Positions 51,338-64,000 of a stretch of DNA of 64,000 nucleotides are shown in pieces. This DNA comes from Escherichia phage CL1. Each line of letters starts with the position of its first letter. Position 1 is the first letter of the stretch. Location: the sequence record OK040806; one strand, written 5' to 3'. Below the pieces are notes generated by a model, which ran no database searches, was not told the DNA's origin, and saw only the letters and a list, made by a program, of their open reading frames with translations. The position numbers were made by a program, and so were the translations under genes.

Positions 51338-52804
51338 ATGGCAGAAATTACAGAAACACAAGAAAGCTTACCACCATTTAGAATGGGTGAAGTAGGTTCT
51401 TTGGGTCTGAAGGTTAAGAATGGAAGAATCTATGAAGAACCTCGTCAGGCACTAAGGTTCCCTGAAAGTATTAAAACTTTCCAATTAATGATGCGTGACC
51501 CTGCTGTAGCAGCATCTGTAAATATTATTAAGATGTTTGTCAGAAAAGTCAACTGGAGATTCGTACCTCCAAAGGGAAAAGAGCAAGACCCTAAAATGCT
51601 TGAAAGAGCAGACTTCTTTAATTCTTTAATGGATGACATGGAGCATGATTGGGCAGATTTTATTAACTCTGTAATGTCATTCTGCACTTATGGGTTCTGT
51701 GTTAACGAAAAGGTTTATAAGAAACGTCAGGGTAAAAAAGGAAAGTACCAGTCAAAATTTGATGATGGTCTAATTGGGTGGGCTAAATTACCAATCAGAA
51801 ACCAGTCAACACTTGATAAGTGGTATTTTGACGAAGACTTTAGAAAAGTTACTGGTGTTAGACAGAATCTGAGAAATGTTTCACATATTGCTGGAGCAAT
51901 TAATCTTGGAGAAAGACCTCTAACAAGAAAACTTCCACGAGCTAAATTCATGCTGTTTAAGTATGACGATGAATATGGAAATCCAGAAGGTCGTTCACCA
52001 TTACTTAATGCTTATGTACCGTGGAAGTATAAAGTACAGATTGAAGAGTATGAAGCTGTTGGTGTTTCAAGAGACTTAGTAGGTATGCCAAAGATTGGTT
52101 TACCACCAGACTATCTGGATGAAAATGCAGAGCCTGAAAAGAAAGCTTTCGTACAATACTGCAAAACTGTTGTTAACGATATGATTGCTAATGACAGGGC
52201 AGGTTTAATCTGGCCTAGATATATCGACCCAGAAACTAAAGAGGATATCTTTGAGTTCTCATTAGTCTCTAGACAGGGTGCTAAAGCATATGACACAGGT
52301 TCTATCATTGACAGATATTCCAAGCAGATTATGATGGCATTTATGTCAGATGTTCTTGCTATGGGTCAGTCAAAATATGGTTCATTCTCTCTTGCAGATT
52401 CTAAGACAAGCCTATTAGCAATGTCAGTAGATATTCTGCTGAAGCAAATTAAGAACGTAATTAACCGTGATTTAGTTGCACAGACTTATGCTCTTAATAT
52501 GTGGGATGATGAAGAACATGTGCAAATCACATATGATGATATCGAAACTCCAGACCTTGAAGCAATTGGTTCTTATATTCAGAAGACTGTTGCAGTAGGT
52601 GCTTTGGAAGTTGACAAAGAGCTATCTAACAAACTTAGAGAGCATATTGGTCTTCCTCCTGCTGATGAGTCTCAGCCAGTATCTGAAAAGCTTTCTCCAA
52701 ATAGCCAAAGCCGTTCAGGAGATGGTTACAAGACCGCTGGGGAAGGTACTGCAAAGACACCTTCAGCGAAAGACCCAAGCACAGCAAATAAGGCAAATAA
52801 ATAA
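51338..52804 (+). CDS. putative portal protein
   Basis: About 490 aa immediately after terminase and before prohead protease; assignment by position and size. Confidence 0.55.
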   Translation: MAEITETQESLPPFRMGEVGSLGLKVKNGRIYEEPRQALRFPESIKTFQLMMRDPAVAASVNIIKMFVRKVNWRFVPPKGKEQDPKMLERADFFNSLMDDMEHDWADFINSVMSFCTYGFCVNEKVYKKRQGKKGKYQSKFDDGLIGWAKLPIRNQSTLDKWYFDEDFRKVTGVRQNLRNVSHIAGAINLGERPLTRKLPRAKFMLFKYDDEYGNPEGRSPLLNAYVPWKYKVQIEEYEAVGVSRDLVGMPKIGLPPDYLDENAEPEKKAFVQYCKTVVNDMIANDRAGLIWPRYIDPETKEDIFEFSLVSRQGAKAYDTGSIIDRYSKQIMMAFMSDVLAMGQSKYGSFSLADSKTSLLAMSVDILLKQIKNVINRDLVAQTYALNMWDDEEHVQITYDDIETPDLEAIGSYIQKTVAVGALEVDKELSNKLREHIGLPPADESQPVSEKLSPNSQSRSGDGYKTAGEGTAKTPSAKDPSTANKANK

Positions 52805-53304
52805 TGGCTGAAGTTATCTCTATTTCAAATGCTACACGAGTGCATTCGTATAGGGGTGTCCTTATCATCACTGACAAGTTATCTGTAGAGGCTGGCTCAA
52901 GGGTCAGCCTTTCAGGTTATGTTAGTGATGGTGGAATCTCTGACGTTTTCACTATTTGCAGGTTACTTGATGCACCAATGAGTGGAAAACCGTTTATTTC
53001 AGGAAATTGTAGTGAAATTGTTAAAATTCCATTTGACAGTTCATGCCTTTTGGGTGTAAAGTTATATAACTGCGAGAATAAACGTATCAATGTTAATAGC
53101 ATTGAAGCCGCTTTCATTACCCTTGATACTGCATTTCAATCTCCAATGACAGTTAATAAAGAAACAAACAGACTTGAATACATTTTTTCACAAAATGATT
53201 ACAAAGTACTTGTCAAAGGCAAAGTATATGATATGATTGTAAATGTGGTAGATGAATCTGGTAACCATTCAACAGTCCTTAAACAAAAAGTAAGGTTTAA
53301 TTAA
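52804..53304 (+). CDS. hypothetical structural-module protein
   Basis: 166 aa ORF. Confidence 0.45.
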   Translation: MAEVISISNATRVHSYRGVLIITDKLSVEAGSRVSLSGYVSDGGISDVFTICRLLDAPMSGKPFISGNCSEIVKIPFDSSCLLGVKLYNCENKRINVNSIEAAFITLDTAFQSPMTVNKETNRLEYIFSQNDYKVLVKGKVYDMIVNVVDESGNHSTVLKQKVRFN

Positions 53305-53636
53305 TGGGAACATTAACTATTGATGGTAAGAATAAAATCCTCGCCACGCTAACCCCAACGACTATTATTTTACACAATGTAGACCCAACGGCAGACCCTA
53401 CAGCAAATAAGGTTACTCAGCCAGTGGCTATTTATTTTTCTGAACCGGATAATGGCTTAATTGCCTCAGAAGACACAGTTAACATTACTGTTCCAGCTTC
53501 TGCAACGGTCTCACACTATAGCTTGTGGGATGCTAACGATAAATGCGTGGCAACTGGTGCTCTTAGCAAACCTCAATTCTTTGCTGAAGAAGGTATCTAT
53601 GTTATCTCTTCAGTCTCTGTAGATTTAAACAAATAG
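53304..53636 (+). CDS. hypothetical structural-module protein
   Basis: 110 aa ORF. Confidence 0.45.
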   Translation: MGTLTIDGKNKILATLTPTTIILHNVDPTADPTANKVTQPVAIYFSEPDNGLIASEDTVNITVPASATVSHYSLWDANDKCVATGALSKPQFFAEEGIYVISSVSVDLNK

Positions 53637-53647
53637 GGTGAGTAAAA

Positions 53648-54994
53648 ATGAGTTCGAATATCTTCAGACTTGCTGATAGATTATTCAACCAACCTTTACT
53701 AGCCACTGAATCATTAGCTCACTCAGCAGCAACTTATGTGAATAACAGATTGCTGGGTGATGTCCAAGCAGCAGTAAACTTTGATAAACCCAAAGGTGAA
53801 GCAAGAAGTCTTTTAAAAGTAAAAGATGACATTGCTATTATCCCTATTATGGGTGGTTTAACTCATCGTATGACATTCATTGATGCAATGTGTACAGGTG
53901 GTTTAAGCTCTTATGAAGGTTTACGTAGAGGCTTTGACGAAGCTTTAGCAGATGAGTCAATCAAGACTATTGTTCTGCATATTGATTCTGGTGGTGGTGA
54001 AGCTTCAGGTTGCTTTGAATTAGCACGTCACATTATGGCTTCAAGAGGCCAAAAGAAAATTATTGCTTATGTAGATGAGTTCGCTTGTTCCGCTGCATAT
54101 GCTCTTGCATCTTCTGCTGAAGAAATTATTGCATCACCAGATGCAGATGTTGGTTCTATTGGTGTAATCATGGTTCATCAGGAATTAACTAAGGCATTTG
54201 AAAAGAATGGCGTAACAATTAACGTCATTAAAGCTGGTGAATTTAAAGGTATGGGTTCACCATTCCAAGCACTTTCAGAAGAAAGCAAAGAAAGACTTCA
54301 AAAGAGAATTAATGATACCTACGCAACCTTTACAGGTTTTGTAGCTGAATCTCGTAATCTCTCTGAAGAAGCTGTAAAGAATACTGAGGCGAATGTTTAT
54401 TCTGCTCAGGAAGCTCTTGAACTTGGTTTAATTAACTCAATCATGTCTCAAGATGATTTCTTAAATTACTTACAAGGTTCTGAAGAGGCTCCTGTAAGTT
54501 TAAACGTTAACAATTCAGGTGAAGAAATGACTGAACAAGAAAAGCAAGAACTAGAAGCTTTGCGTCTTCAGGTTGCTCAAATGAAAGCTAAAGAACAGGA
54601 AGCTGCTTTGTCAGATTTGACTAATAAGATTTCTGCTTCTGCTGAAGCTTTTGGATTTGATGCAAAAGAAGCTGCAACGACTATTTTAGGTGCTGGTCTT
54701 GATAACCCTCTGAGTGTTCTGTTTATGAATGCTATGGAAGGTGCTAACCAGAAACTTAATGAAACTATCGCGTCCCATGCTTCTGCAATGGAAGAAAAAG
54801 AATCAGAAATTACCAAGCTGAAAGAAACTGCTGGTGCTGTTCTTGAACACTCCAACGCTATGGAAGAAATGGGTAATGACGGCGAAGCTGATTTGGTTGA
54901 AGAAGAAAAAGAACCAGCTAAGAATGCTTCCGAAGACACCGCTGAACAACGCAAACTGGCTCTCCAGAATGCTCTAAAATCTCTTATCAAATAA
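53648..54994 (+). CDS. prohead protease (S49/ClpP-like) with C-terminal scaffold-like helical region
   Basis: IVLHIDSGGGEASG and YVDEFACSAAYALAS resemble S49 serine-protease motifs; C-terminal half helical and Glu/Ala-rich. Confidence 0.7.
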   Translation: MSSNIFRLADRLFNQPLLATESLAHSAATYVNNRLLGDVQAAVNFDKPKGEARSLLKVKDDIAIIPIMGGLTHRMTFIDAMCTGGLSSYEGLRRGFDEALADESIKTIVLHIDSGGGEASGCFELARHIMASRGQKKIIAYVDEFACSAAYALASSAEEIIASPDADVGSIGVIMVHQELTKAFEKNGVTINVIKAGEFKGMGSPFQALSEESKERLQKRINDTYATFTGFVAESRNLSEEAVKNTEANVYSAQEALELGLINSIMSQDDFLNYLQGSEEAPVSLNVNNSGEEMTEQEKQELEALRLQVAQMKAKEQEAALSDLTNKISASAEAFGFDAKEAATTILGAGLDNPLSVLFMNAMEGANQKLNETIASHASAMEEKESEITKLKETAGAVLEHSNAMEEMGNDGEADLVEEEKEPAKNASEDTAEQRKLALQNALKSLIK

Positions 54995-55005
54995 GGAACA
55001 CAATA

Positions 55006-55383
55006 ATGGCATATCAAGGTTTTACTAAGTTAGGTAAAAGAGAACCTCTGAATGATATCATTCTTTGGGAACAGGTTACCCCAACAGGCCACTCTCGTAA
55101 AGAGTATACCCCACAGGCATCTACAGAATACCGTGTAGGTGAAGTTCTGAAAGCAGATGGTACTAAAGTACAAGCTGGGGAAGAAACTCAGGCTGATTCT
55201 GTATGTATCGTTAACTTTTATGCAGACCTGCAACTGTCTTACCACGGTCAGTTGAAAGTTGTTGGTATTTACCGTGATGCAGAATTAAAAGACATGCTAA
55301 CTCTTGAATCAAGCGTCGATGCTGATGCAGTCAAGAAAGCACTGGCTGCTAAAGGTATTGATTTCGTACCAACTGGCCTGTAA
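55006..55383 (+). CDS. putative head decoration protein
   Basis: 125 aa between protease/scaffold and major capsid gene; assignment by position. Confidence 0.4.
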   Translation: MAYQGFTKLGKREPLNDIILWEQVTPTGHSRKEYTPQASTEYRVGEVLKADGTKVQAGEETQADSVCIVNFYADLQLSYHGQLKVVGIYRDAELKDMLTLESSVDADAVKKALAAKGIDFVPTGL

Positions 55384-55416
55384 TAACAATAATAAGACAT
55401 TCTGGAGAATTTTACA

Positions 55417-56522
55417 ATGTTGACTAATTCTGAAAAAAGCAGATTTTTCCTTGCTGACCTGACTGGTGAAGTCCAGTCTATCCCAAATACTTATGGGTAT
55501 ATTTCCAACTTAGGTCTGTTCCGTTCAGCACCAATCACCCAAACTACTTTCCTTATGGACTTGACTGATTGGGATGTTAGCTTGCTTGATGCGGTAGACC
55601 GTGATAGCCGTAAAGCAGAGACTAGCGCACCTGAGCGTGTTCGTCAAATCAGCTTCCCAATGATGTACTTCAAAGAAGTTGAAAGCATCACTCCTGATGA
55701 AATTCAGGGTGTACGTCAGCCAGGCACTGCAAACGAACTGACTACTGAAGCAGTAGTACGTGCTAAGAAGCTGATGAAGATTCGTACCAAGTTCGATATT
55801 ACTCGTGAGTTCCTGTTTATGCAAGCTCTGAAGGGTAAAGTTGTTGATGCTCGTGGTACGCTGTATGCTGACCTGTACAAGCAGTTCGATGTTGAGAAGA
55901 AGACTATTTACTTCGACCTTGATAACCCTAATGCGGATATCGACGCTTCTATCGAAGAACTGCGTATGCACATGGAAGACGAAGCTAAAACTGGTACTGT
56001 AATCAACGGTGAAGAAATTCACGTAGTTGTTGACCGTGTATTCTTCAGCAAACTGGTTAAGCATCCTAAGATTCGTGATGCTTACCTTGCACAGCAGACT
56101 CCGCTGGCTTGGCAACAGATTACTGGTTCTCTGAGAACTGGTGGTACTGACGGCGTTCAGGCTCACATGAACACTTTCTACTACGGTGGTGTTAAGTTTG
56201 TCCAGTACAACGGCAAGTTCAAAGACAAGCGTGGTAAGGTTCACACTCTGGTGAGCATTGACAGCGTAGCGGACACTGTTGGTGTTGGTCATGCTTTCCC
56301 TAACGTTTCTATGCTGGGTGAAGCTAACAACATCTTCGAAGTGGCATATGGCCCATGTCCTAAGATGGGTTACGCAAATACACTTGGTCAGGAACTGTAC
56401 GTATTCGAATACGAAAAGACCGTGACGAAGGTATTGACTTCGAAGCTCACTCTTACATGCTGCCATACTGTACTCGTCCTCAGTTGCTGGTAGATGTTCG
56501 CGCTGACGCTCAAGGTGGCTGA
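55417..56522 (+). CDS. major capsid protein, with apparent -1 frameshift near the 3' end
   Basis: Strong host-like codon bias; track frame ends 56493 with implausible tail TVTKVLTSKLTLTCCHTVLVLSCW; -1 frame from about 56418 reads DRDEGIDFEAHSYMLPYCTRPQLLVDVRADAQGG to stop 56520-56522. Confidence 0.7.
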
Positions 56523-56542
56523 TAAACTTAGGAGGGTTATGA

Positions 56543-56992
56543 ATGTGTTATACAGGCGACCCAGCCAATAACCCTCTTGATAGAGTAAGAATCCTCTGCA
56601 CAGACACCAATAATGATGAAATTCTTATTGAGCAGTCTGTGCTAGAGTGGTTCTATCTAGAATCTGGAAAGGATGAAAAGAAAGCAGCCATCAAAGCTCT
56701 TAAATATTTACTCTTTCAAGTAGCCAAGATGGGAGATGAGAAGGTTGGTGGTGTTTATTTACGTAACTCTTCCAGATTCAAATCTCTTAAAGCTGTTTAT
56801 GACGACCTTGTTAAAAGCTCTGTTTCAGGACTACCCTATGCAGGTGGTATTAATCAGTGCGACATTGATATGCGTCGTCAGAATCCTTGCTCTGTCAAGA
56901 AATACACAGAATATGGTGATGCTGCCAGATACGAAGGCAGAGATTACTGCAACCGTGTTAATGGCGTATTTATTATCGAGCGAGATGAATAA
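56543..56992 (+). CDS. hypothetical head/neck module protein
   Basis: 149 aa; GGAGGG RBS. Confidence 0.5.
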   Translation: MCYTGDPANNPLDRVRILCTDTNNDEILIEQSVLEWFYLESGKDEKKAAIKALKYLLFQVAKMGDEKVGGVYLRNSSRFKSLKAVYDDLVKSSVSGLPYAGGINQCDIDMRRQNPCSVKKYTEYGDAARYEGRDYCNRVNGVFIIERDE

Positions 56993-57474
56993 TGGTTAAA
57001 AGGGTTATTCACCCCGCTAGAGCAAAATTAGTCGGGGCTATGAAGAACTTGCAAACGGCTAATGCTCAAGTTGGGTATTTCCAAGAACAAGGTCAACATA
57101 GCTCTGGTTTTTCTTATCCTGCTTTAATGTATTTACAAGAAGTTATTGGTGTTCCTTCAGCTTCTGGTAAAGTATATCGTAGGTTGTTTGAAATCACTAT
57201 GATGCTAAACAGACAGACCTTGTTAGAGCAGACTAAGAAGAATCTATATAAGCAACTTAGCAGTCTCAACACAGACCCTTCAGATACCTTAGAAGCATTT
57301 GCAAAGAATGCTCAAAAGGCAATTAAAAGAGGTTTTGGTAATTCTGCTATTCTCCCTCCTAACGCGCCTTCCACAGTCAAGAAAAAAGGCTTTAATGCAC
57401 CTCTTGTTGAGACAGGTGACTTAAGGGATAACCTTGCTTATAAAATTTCTACTAAGAAGGGTATTAAAAAATGA
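56992..57474 (+). CDS. hypothetical head/neck module protein
   Basis: 160 aa ORF. Confidence 0.5.
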   Translation: MVKRVIHPARAKLVGAMKNLQTANAQVGYFQEQGQHSSGFSYPALMYLQEVIGVPSASGKVYRRLFEITMMLNRQTLLEQTKKNLYKQLSSLNTDPSDTLEAFAKNAQKAIKRGFGNSAILPPNAPSTVKKKGFNAPLVETGDLRDNLAYKISTKKGIKK

Positions 57475-57872
57475 GGCTCTTAAACAGACACAGCTTTGTA
57501 GTAAAGCGTAAAGTCTCTGAAGACGGTTATTATAATGATGATGGTGATTGGGTAGCTTCACAAGATATTGTTGAGGTTAACTGCAAAGGTAATATTCAGC
57601 CATACATCAAAGGTTCTGTAAAGAACGGTACACAGATTGCTTTACCGGAAGGTATCAGGCTAACCGATACAAGAATCCTGTATACCACATATAAACTTAG
57701 GACTTCAGATGATGTAGAGTGGAATGAGTCTGATATTGTTATGATTGATGGTCATGAGTATGAAGTATTTATGACTATGGATTGGTCACAGCAATTAGCC
57801 CATACATCCCATTATGAATATATCATTATTAGAAGGGATAAAATGAATGCAGTTAGAAACAGCAGAACTTGA
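57471..57872 (+). CDS. hypothetical head-tail joining protein
   Basis: 133 aa ORF. Confidence 0.45.
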   Translation: MRLLNRHSFVVKRKVSEDGYYNDDGDWVASQDIVEVNCKGNIQPYIKGSVKNGTQIALPEGIRLTDTRILYTTYKLRTSDDVEWNESDIVMIDGHEYEVFMTMDWSQQLAHTSHYEYIIIRRDKMNAVRNSRT

Positions 57873-58446
57873 AAAAGGTCTAGTTAGAACCTTAGTGGAT
57901 GTTATTGGTCACAGGTTAGCTCGTGATAAAAATAATAGGCCAAACGTAATTAGAGCTTACCCTTCTGATAACTCAAATGACAAAGGTTTAAAACCTGACC
58001 AACCATTTATTACCGTATATTGTCAAGATGCTGCAACACCTTATGGTTGGGTTCTTGATAAATTTGTTGAAGATGATGTAGTTTGTTACAGAATTGCTTT
58101 TCAGATTCCAGTATTAATTACGGTGAATGGTAAAGGTGCTCACAGTATTATGCTTGAGCTTAAACAACGATTAGAGATGAGTTCAGTCAGAGATTTAATT
58201 CTTGAAGAGACAGGAGCAACAGTTTTAGACACTGGAGCTATCCCAAATGATTACACTTATCTCAATACAGATTTCGAAAATTCTGCACCTCTTGTTGTAA
58301 CCCTTGTAAAAAACTCAGTCCTGAAAGATGAACGTGGAAGTATTATTGAGCGTGTCATTGTTGATGGTGAGTTGGTTTATGAAGAAGGACAAGAGCCACC
58401 AGAATATACTATCCATCTAGATGTAGACTCCAAAGGGGTAAAATAA
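57847..58446 (+). CDS. hypothetical neck/tail protein
   Basis: 199 aa ORF. Confidence 0.45.
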   Translation: MQLETAELEKGLVRTLVDVIGHRLARDKNNRPNVIRAYPSDNSNDKGLKPDQPFITVYCQDAATPYGWVLDKFVEDDVVCYRIAFQIPVLITVNGKGAHSIMLELKQRLEMSSVRDLILEETGATVLDTGAIPNDYTYLNTDFENSAPLVVTLVKNSVLKDERGSIIERVIVDGELVYEEGQEPPEYTIHLDVDSKGVK

Positions 58447-59799
58447 ATGTGGAATCCAATTGTTAATGTAGATATTACATTGAACACCGCAGGAACTACA
58501 AGAGAAGGTTTTGGCTTACCACTATTCTTGGCTTCAACAGATAATTTTGAAGAAAGAGTCCGTGGTTACACTTCCTTAACTGAAGTTGCTGAAGATTTCG
58601 ATGAGAATACTGCTGCATATAAGGCTGCTAAACAACTTTGGAGTCAGACTCCTAAAGTAACTCAGCTTTATATTGGTAGACGTGCTATGCAGTACACTGT
58701 ATCAATTCCTAATGCCGTTACTGAAAGTACAGACTACTCAATTACTGTAGCTGCTGGCGGTGGAATTTCTCAACCATACCAGTACACAGCACAATCTGAA
58801 GACACTGCTGAAAACGTGTTGCAACAGTTTAAAACACAGATTGAAGCTGACCCAACAATCAAAGATAAGGTTTCTGTGAATGTAACTGGTAGCAACGGTT
58901 CTGCCACAATGATTATTACCAAAGCTGGTGATAATGACTTTGTGAAAGTAACAACCACAGCACAGACTGTATATATTGCAAGTACAACTGCCGATACAGC
59001 AGCAACTGCTCTGGCAGCTATCGAAGCTTACTCTACTGACTGGTATTTCATTGCAGCAGAAGACAGAACTCAACAGTTTGTCTTAGCAATGGCTTCTGAG
59101 ATTCAGGCTCGTAAGAAAATCTTCTTTACAGCTAACTCCGATGTAACAGCCCTGCAAGGTACAGAATTAGCCAGTGCAAATGATGTTCCAGCACAGCTTG
59201 CTAAGAATATGTACACTCGTACAGTTTGCTTGTGGCATCACGCAGCAGCAGAAGATTATCCAGAGATGGCATACATTGCTTATGGTGCTCCATATGATGC
59301 AGGCTCAATTGCTTGGGGTAATGCTCAGCTAACTGGCGTAGCAGCTTCTCTACAACCATCTAATCAGAGACCTCTGACAAGTATTCAGAAGTCTGCTTTA
59401 GATGTACGTCACTGTAACTTTATTGACCTTGATGGTGGTGTTCCAGTGGTTCGTAGAGGGATTACTTCTGGTGGGGAATGGATTGATATCGTCCGTGGTG
59501 TTGACTGGTTAGAATCAGACCTGAAAACTTCTCTGAGAGACTTGCTAATTAACCAGAAGGGTGGTAAGATTACTTATGATGATACTGGTATTACCCGTAT
59601 TCGTCAAGTCATTGAAACCTCTCTACAAAGAGCAGTCAACAGAAACTTCCTGTCATCTTACACAGTTAATGTTCCTAAAGCCTCTCAAGTTGCTTTGGCA
59701 GACAAGAAAGCTCGTATCCTGAAAGACGTTACCTTCGCAGGTATCTTAGCAGGTGCTATCTTGGATGTTGACTTGAAAGGTACAGTGGCTTACGAATAA
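58447..59799 (+). CDS. putative tail sheath protein
   Basis: 450 aa directly upstream of a ~150-aa tube-like gene, chaperone and tape measure; assignment by position and size. Confidence 0.45.
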   Translation: MWNPIVNVDITLNTAGTTREGFGLPLFLASTDNFEERVRGYTSLTEVAEDFDENTAAYKAAKQLWSQTPKVTQLYIGRRAMQYTVSIPNAVTESTDYSITVAAGGGISQPYQYTAQSEDTAENVLQQFKTQIEADPTIKDKVSVNVTGSNGSATMIITKAGDNDFVKVTTTAQTVYIASTTADTAATALAAIEAYSTDWYFIAAEDRTQQFVLAMASEIQARKKIFFTANSDVTALQGTELASANDVPAQLAKNMYTRTVCLWHHAAAEDYPEMAYIAYGAPYDAGSIAWGNAQLTGVAASLQPSNQRPLTSIQKSALDVRHCNFIDLDGGVPVVRRGITSGGEWIDIVRGVDWLESDLKTSLRDLLINQKGGKITYDDTGITRIRQVIETSLQRAVNRNFLSSYTVNVPKASQVALADKKARILKDVTFAGILAGAILDVDLKGTVAYE

Positions 59800-59814
59800 T
59801 AGAGGTAAATTGGA

Positions 59815-60261
59815 ATGGCTATGTATCAGCAATATTCCCCTAAAGACGTTGTATGTAGCTGGAATGGTATCGCCATTGAAGGCTTTGCCCCAGACTCATT
59901 TTTACGTCTACAGAGAACATCACCACTTATTACACCAGTTGTTGGTGCAGGTGGTCAAGTTGCTCTGACAAGAAATGCAGACAAGACAGGTACTATTGAG
60001 ATTGAGCTAATGCAGACTTCTCTCTCTAACCAGATGCTTTCTGCAATTCAAGCTAAACAAGACAATATGGAACTTGAAGAAGATATCTCTTCTAACTTCG
60101 TAATCTACGACCCATCAGGCTCTGTTCTGGCAACTGGTATTAATGCTTGGTTGCAGGAATTGCCACAGATTGAACTTGGTCGTGACCAGAACTCTAAAAC
60201 TTGGATTTTTGGTTGTGAGAAGCTAGACTACACTTCTACAATTCCAGCGTCAAGTGTTTAA
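59815..60261 (+). CDS. putative tail tube protein
   Basis: 148 aa following sheath-like gene. Confidence 0.45.
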   Translation: MAMYQQYSPKDVVCSWNGIAIEGFAPDSFLRLQRTSPLITPVVGAGGQVALTRNADKTGTIEIELMQTSLSNQMLSAIQAKQDNMELEEDISSNFVIYDPSGSVLATGINAWLQELPQIELGRDQNSKTWIFGCEKLDYTSTIPASSV

Positions 60262-60273
60262 TAAATCCTATAA

Positions 60274-60306
60274 GGGGGAGACTTTAAAAGGTCTTCCCCT
60301 TTTTTG
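60274..60306 (+). terminator. intrinsic terminator after tube gene
   Basis: GGGGAGAC..GTCTTCCCC hairpin then TTTTTT. Confidence 0.55.
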
Positions 60307-60333
60307 TTTCTTTTAAAGTATTAAGGAATCACA

Positions 60334-60974
60334 ATGAAAACAGAATCTAAAGTAATCAATGGTAAGAAAGTGAATATCGTTCTGCTTGGGGCAAGAGATG
60401 GTATTAAGATGTCTATGAAGTTGGGTAAAATTGTTGTTCCAACCTTTGCACAGATGCTATCAAGTCTGACTGATAAAGATAAGAAAGAAGCTCCAATGGT
60501 TCCATTTAAAGAACTTGTTGAGGCTTGTTTTGACAGAATTGAAGAAATTAACCTAGAAGAAATGGCTACCATACTATTTCAAGGGGCAACTGTTGATGAC
60601 TTCCCACTTAATATTGATACATACTTCCAAGCAAACTATGGTGAATTTATTGATTACTTAGCATTTGCGCTGGAGGCAAACTTCGGAAGTTTTTTTCGAA
60701 GCAAGCATTTTCAAAAGCCTAACTTCTCAGTAAACATGGGTAATACTCTACAGACACCACTAACTGATGCTGCTGTAGAGGCAACCTATGAAGAAGCAGA
60801 CGAGATGAAATTTGTGCTTGCTATTTATGGTATGGAAGGGTGTAAAGAAACACTTGACCAACTCTTTGCTATGACATTCTCTGATTTATTATCATTGAGA
60901 CAATTTCTTGAAATTCAGAGGTCGTATAAAGAGGAAATTGCTTACAACGAACTTAGAAGAGCAGGAAAAATGTA

Positions 60975-60975
<1 letters not shown>
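60334..60975 (+). CDS. putative tail assembly chaperone
   Basis: 213 aa immediately upstream of tape measure with overlapping stop/start; assignment by position. Confidence 0.35.

Positions 60976-64000
<3,025 letters not shown>

Noticed and set aside
55525-56466. 313-aa ORF on the minus strand antisense to the major capsid gene
   Set aside because: The plus-strand frame has strong translational codon bias and a capsid-like product; the antisense ORF is a shadow frame with low-complexity Leu/Ser/Val-rich product and no RBS.
60684-60700. Slippery-looking GTTTTTTT run inside the tail assembly chaperone gene as a programmed -1 frameshift site
   Set aside because: The -1 frame terminates after about 10 codons and does not extend toward the tape measure gene, unlike canonical chaperone frameshifts.

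Overview
This 64-kb window reads as a contiguous stretch of a virulent tailed-phage genome (about 39% GC, no integrase or other host-like genes seen); all calls are from reading the sequence and the ORF track, with no database searches run. Gene content and order resemble Felix O1-like myoviruses, but that resemblance is from memory. Layout: (1) a plus-strand early/middle block (1-26232) with a FEN-type exonuclease, GIY-YIG and HNH nucleases, nrdA/nrdB plus a glutaredoxin-like redoxin, nrdD/nrdG, a PRPP-synthetase-like gene next to a nicotinamide phosphoribosyltransferase-like gene, rIIA/rIIB, a lytic-transglycosylase-like protein and a macro-domain-like protein; (2) a regulatory repeat region followed by an array of 15 small ORFs (26742-33011), each behind one of two conserved promoter/stem-loop cassettes; (3) a 1.6-kb ORF-free region dense in short repeats (33070-34650); (4) a minus-strand block (34654-41854) with a T4-type lysozyme and an Ig-like-repeat protein with a short paralog; (5) a vWA/MIDAS protein followed by an island of about 27 tRNA genes (44140-49275) interspersed with conserved hairpin elements, a circularly permuted tRNA-like module and a 19-bp perfect inverted repeat; (6) the late module (49498-64000): large terminase, portal, prohead protease/scaffold, decoration-like protein, major capsid, tail sheath/tube, chaperone, tape measure and a distal tail protein. 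Anomalies worth checking: apparent frameshifts in nrdG and the major capsid gene, both at A-runs, and a 71-codon block in the last ORF with one-codon-per-amino-acid usage that looks back-translated or synthetic. The best candidates for a new or counter-defence system are the prs/NampT pair, the macro-domain protein, the early cassette array, and the vWA protein with the tRNA-like elements.
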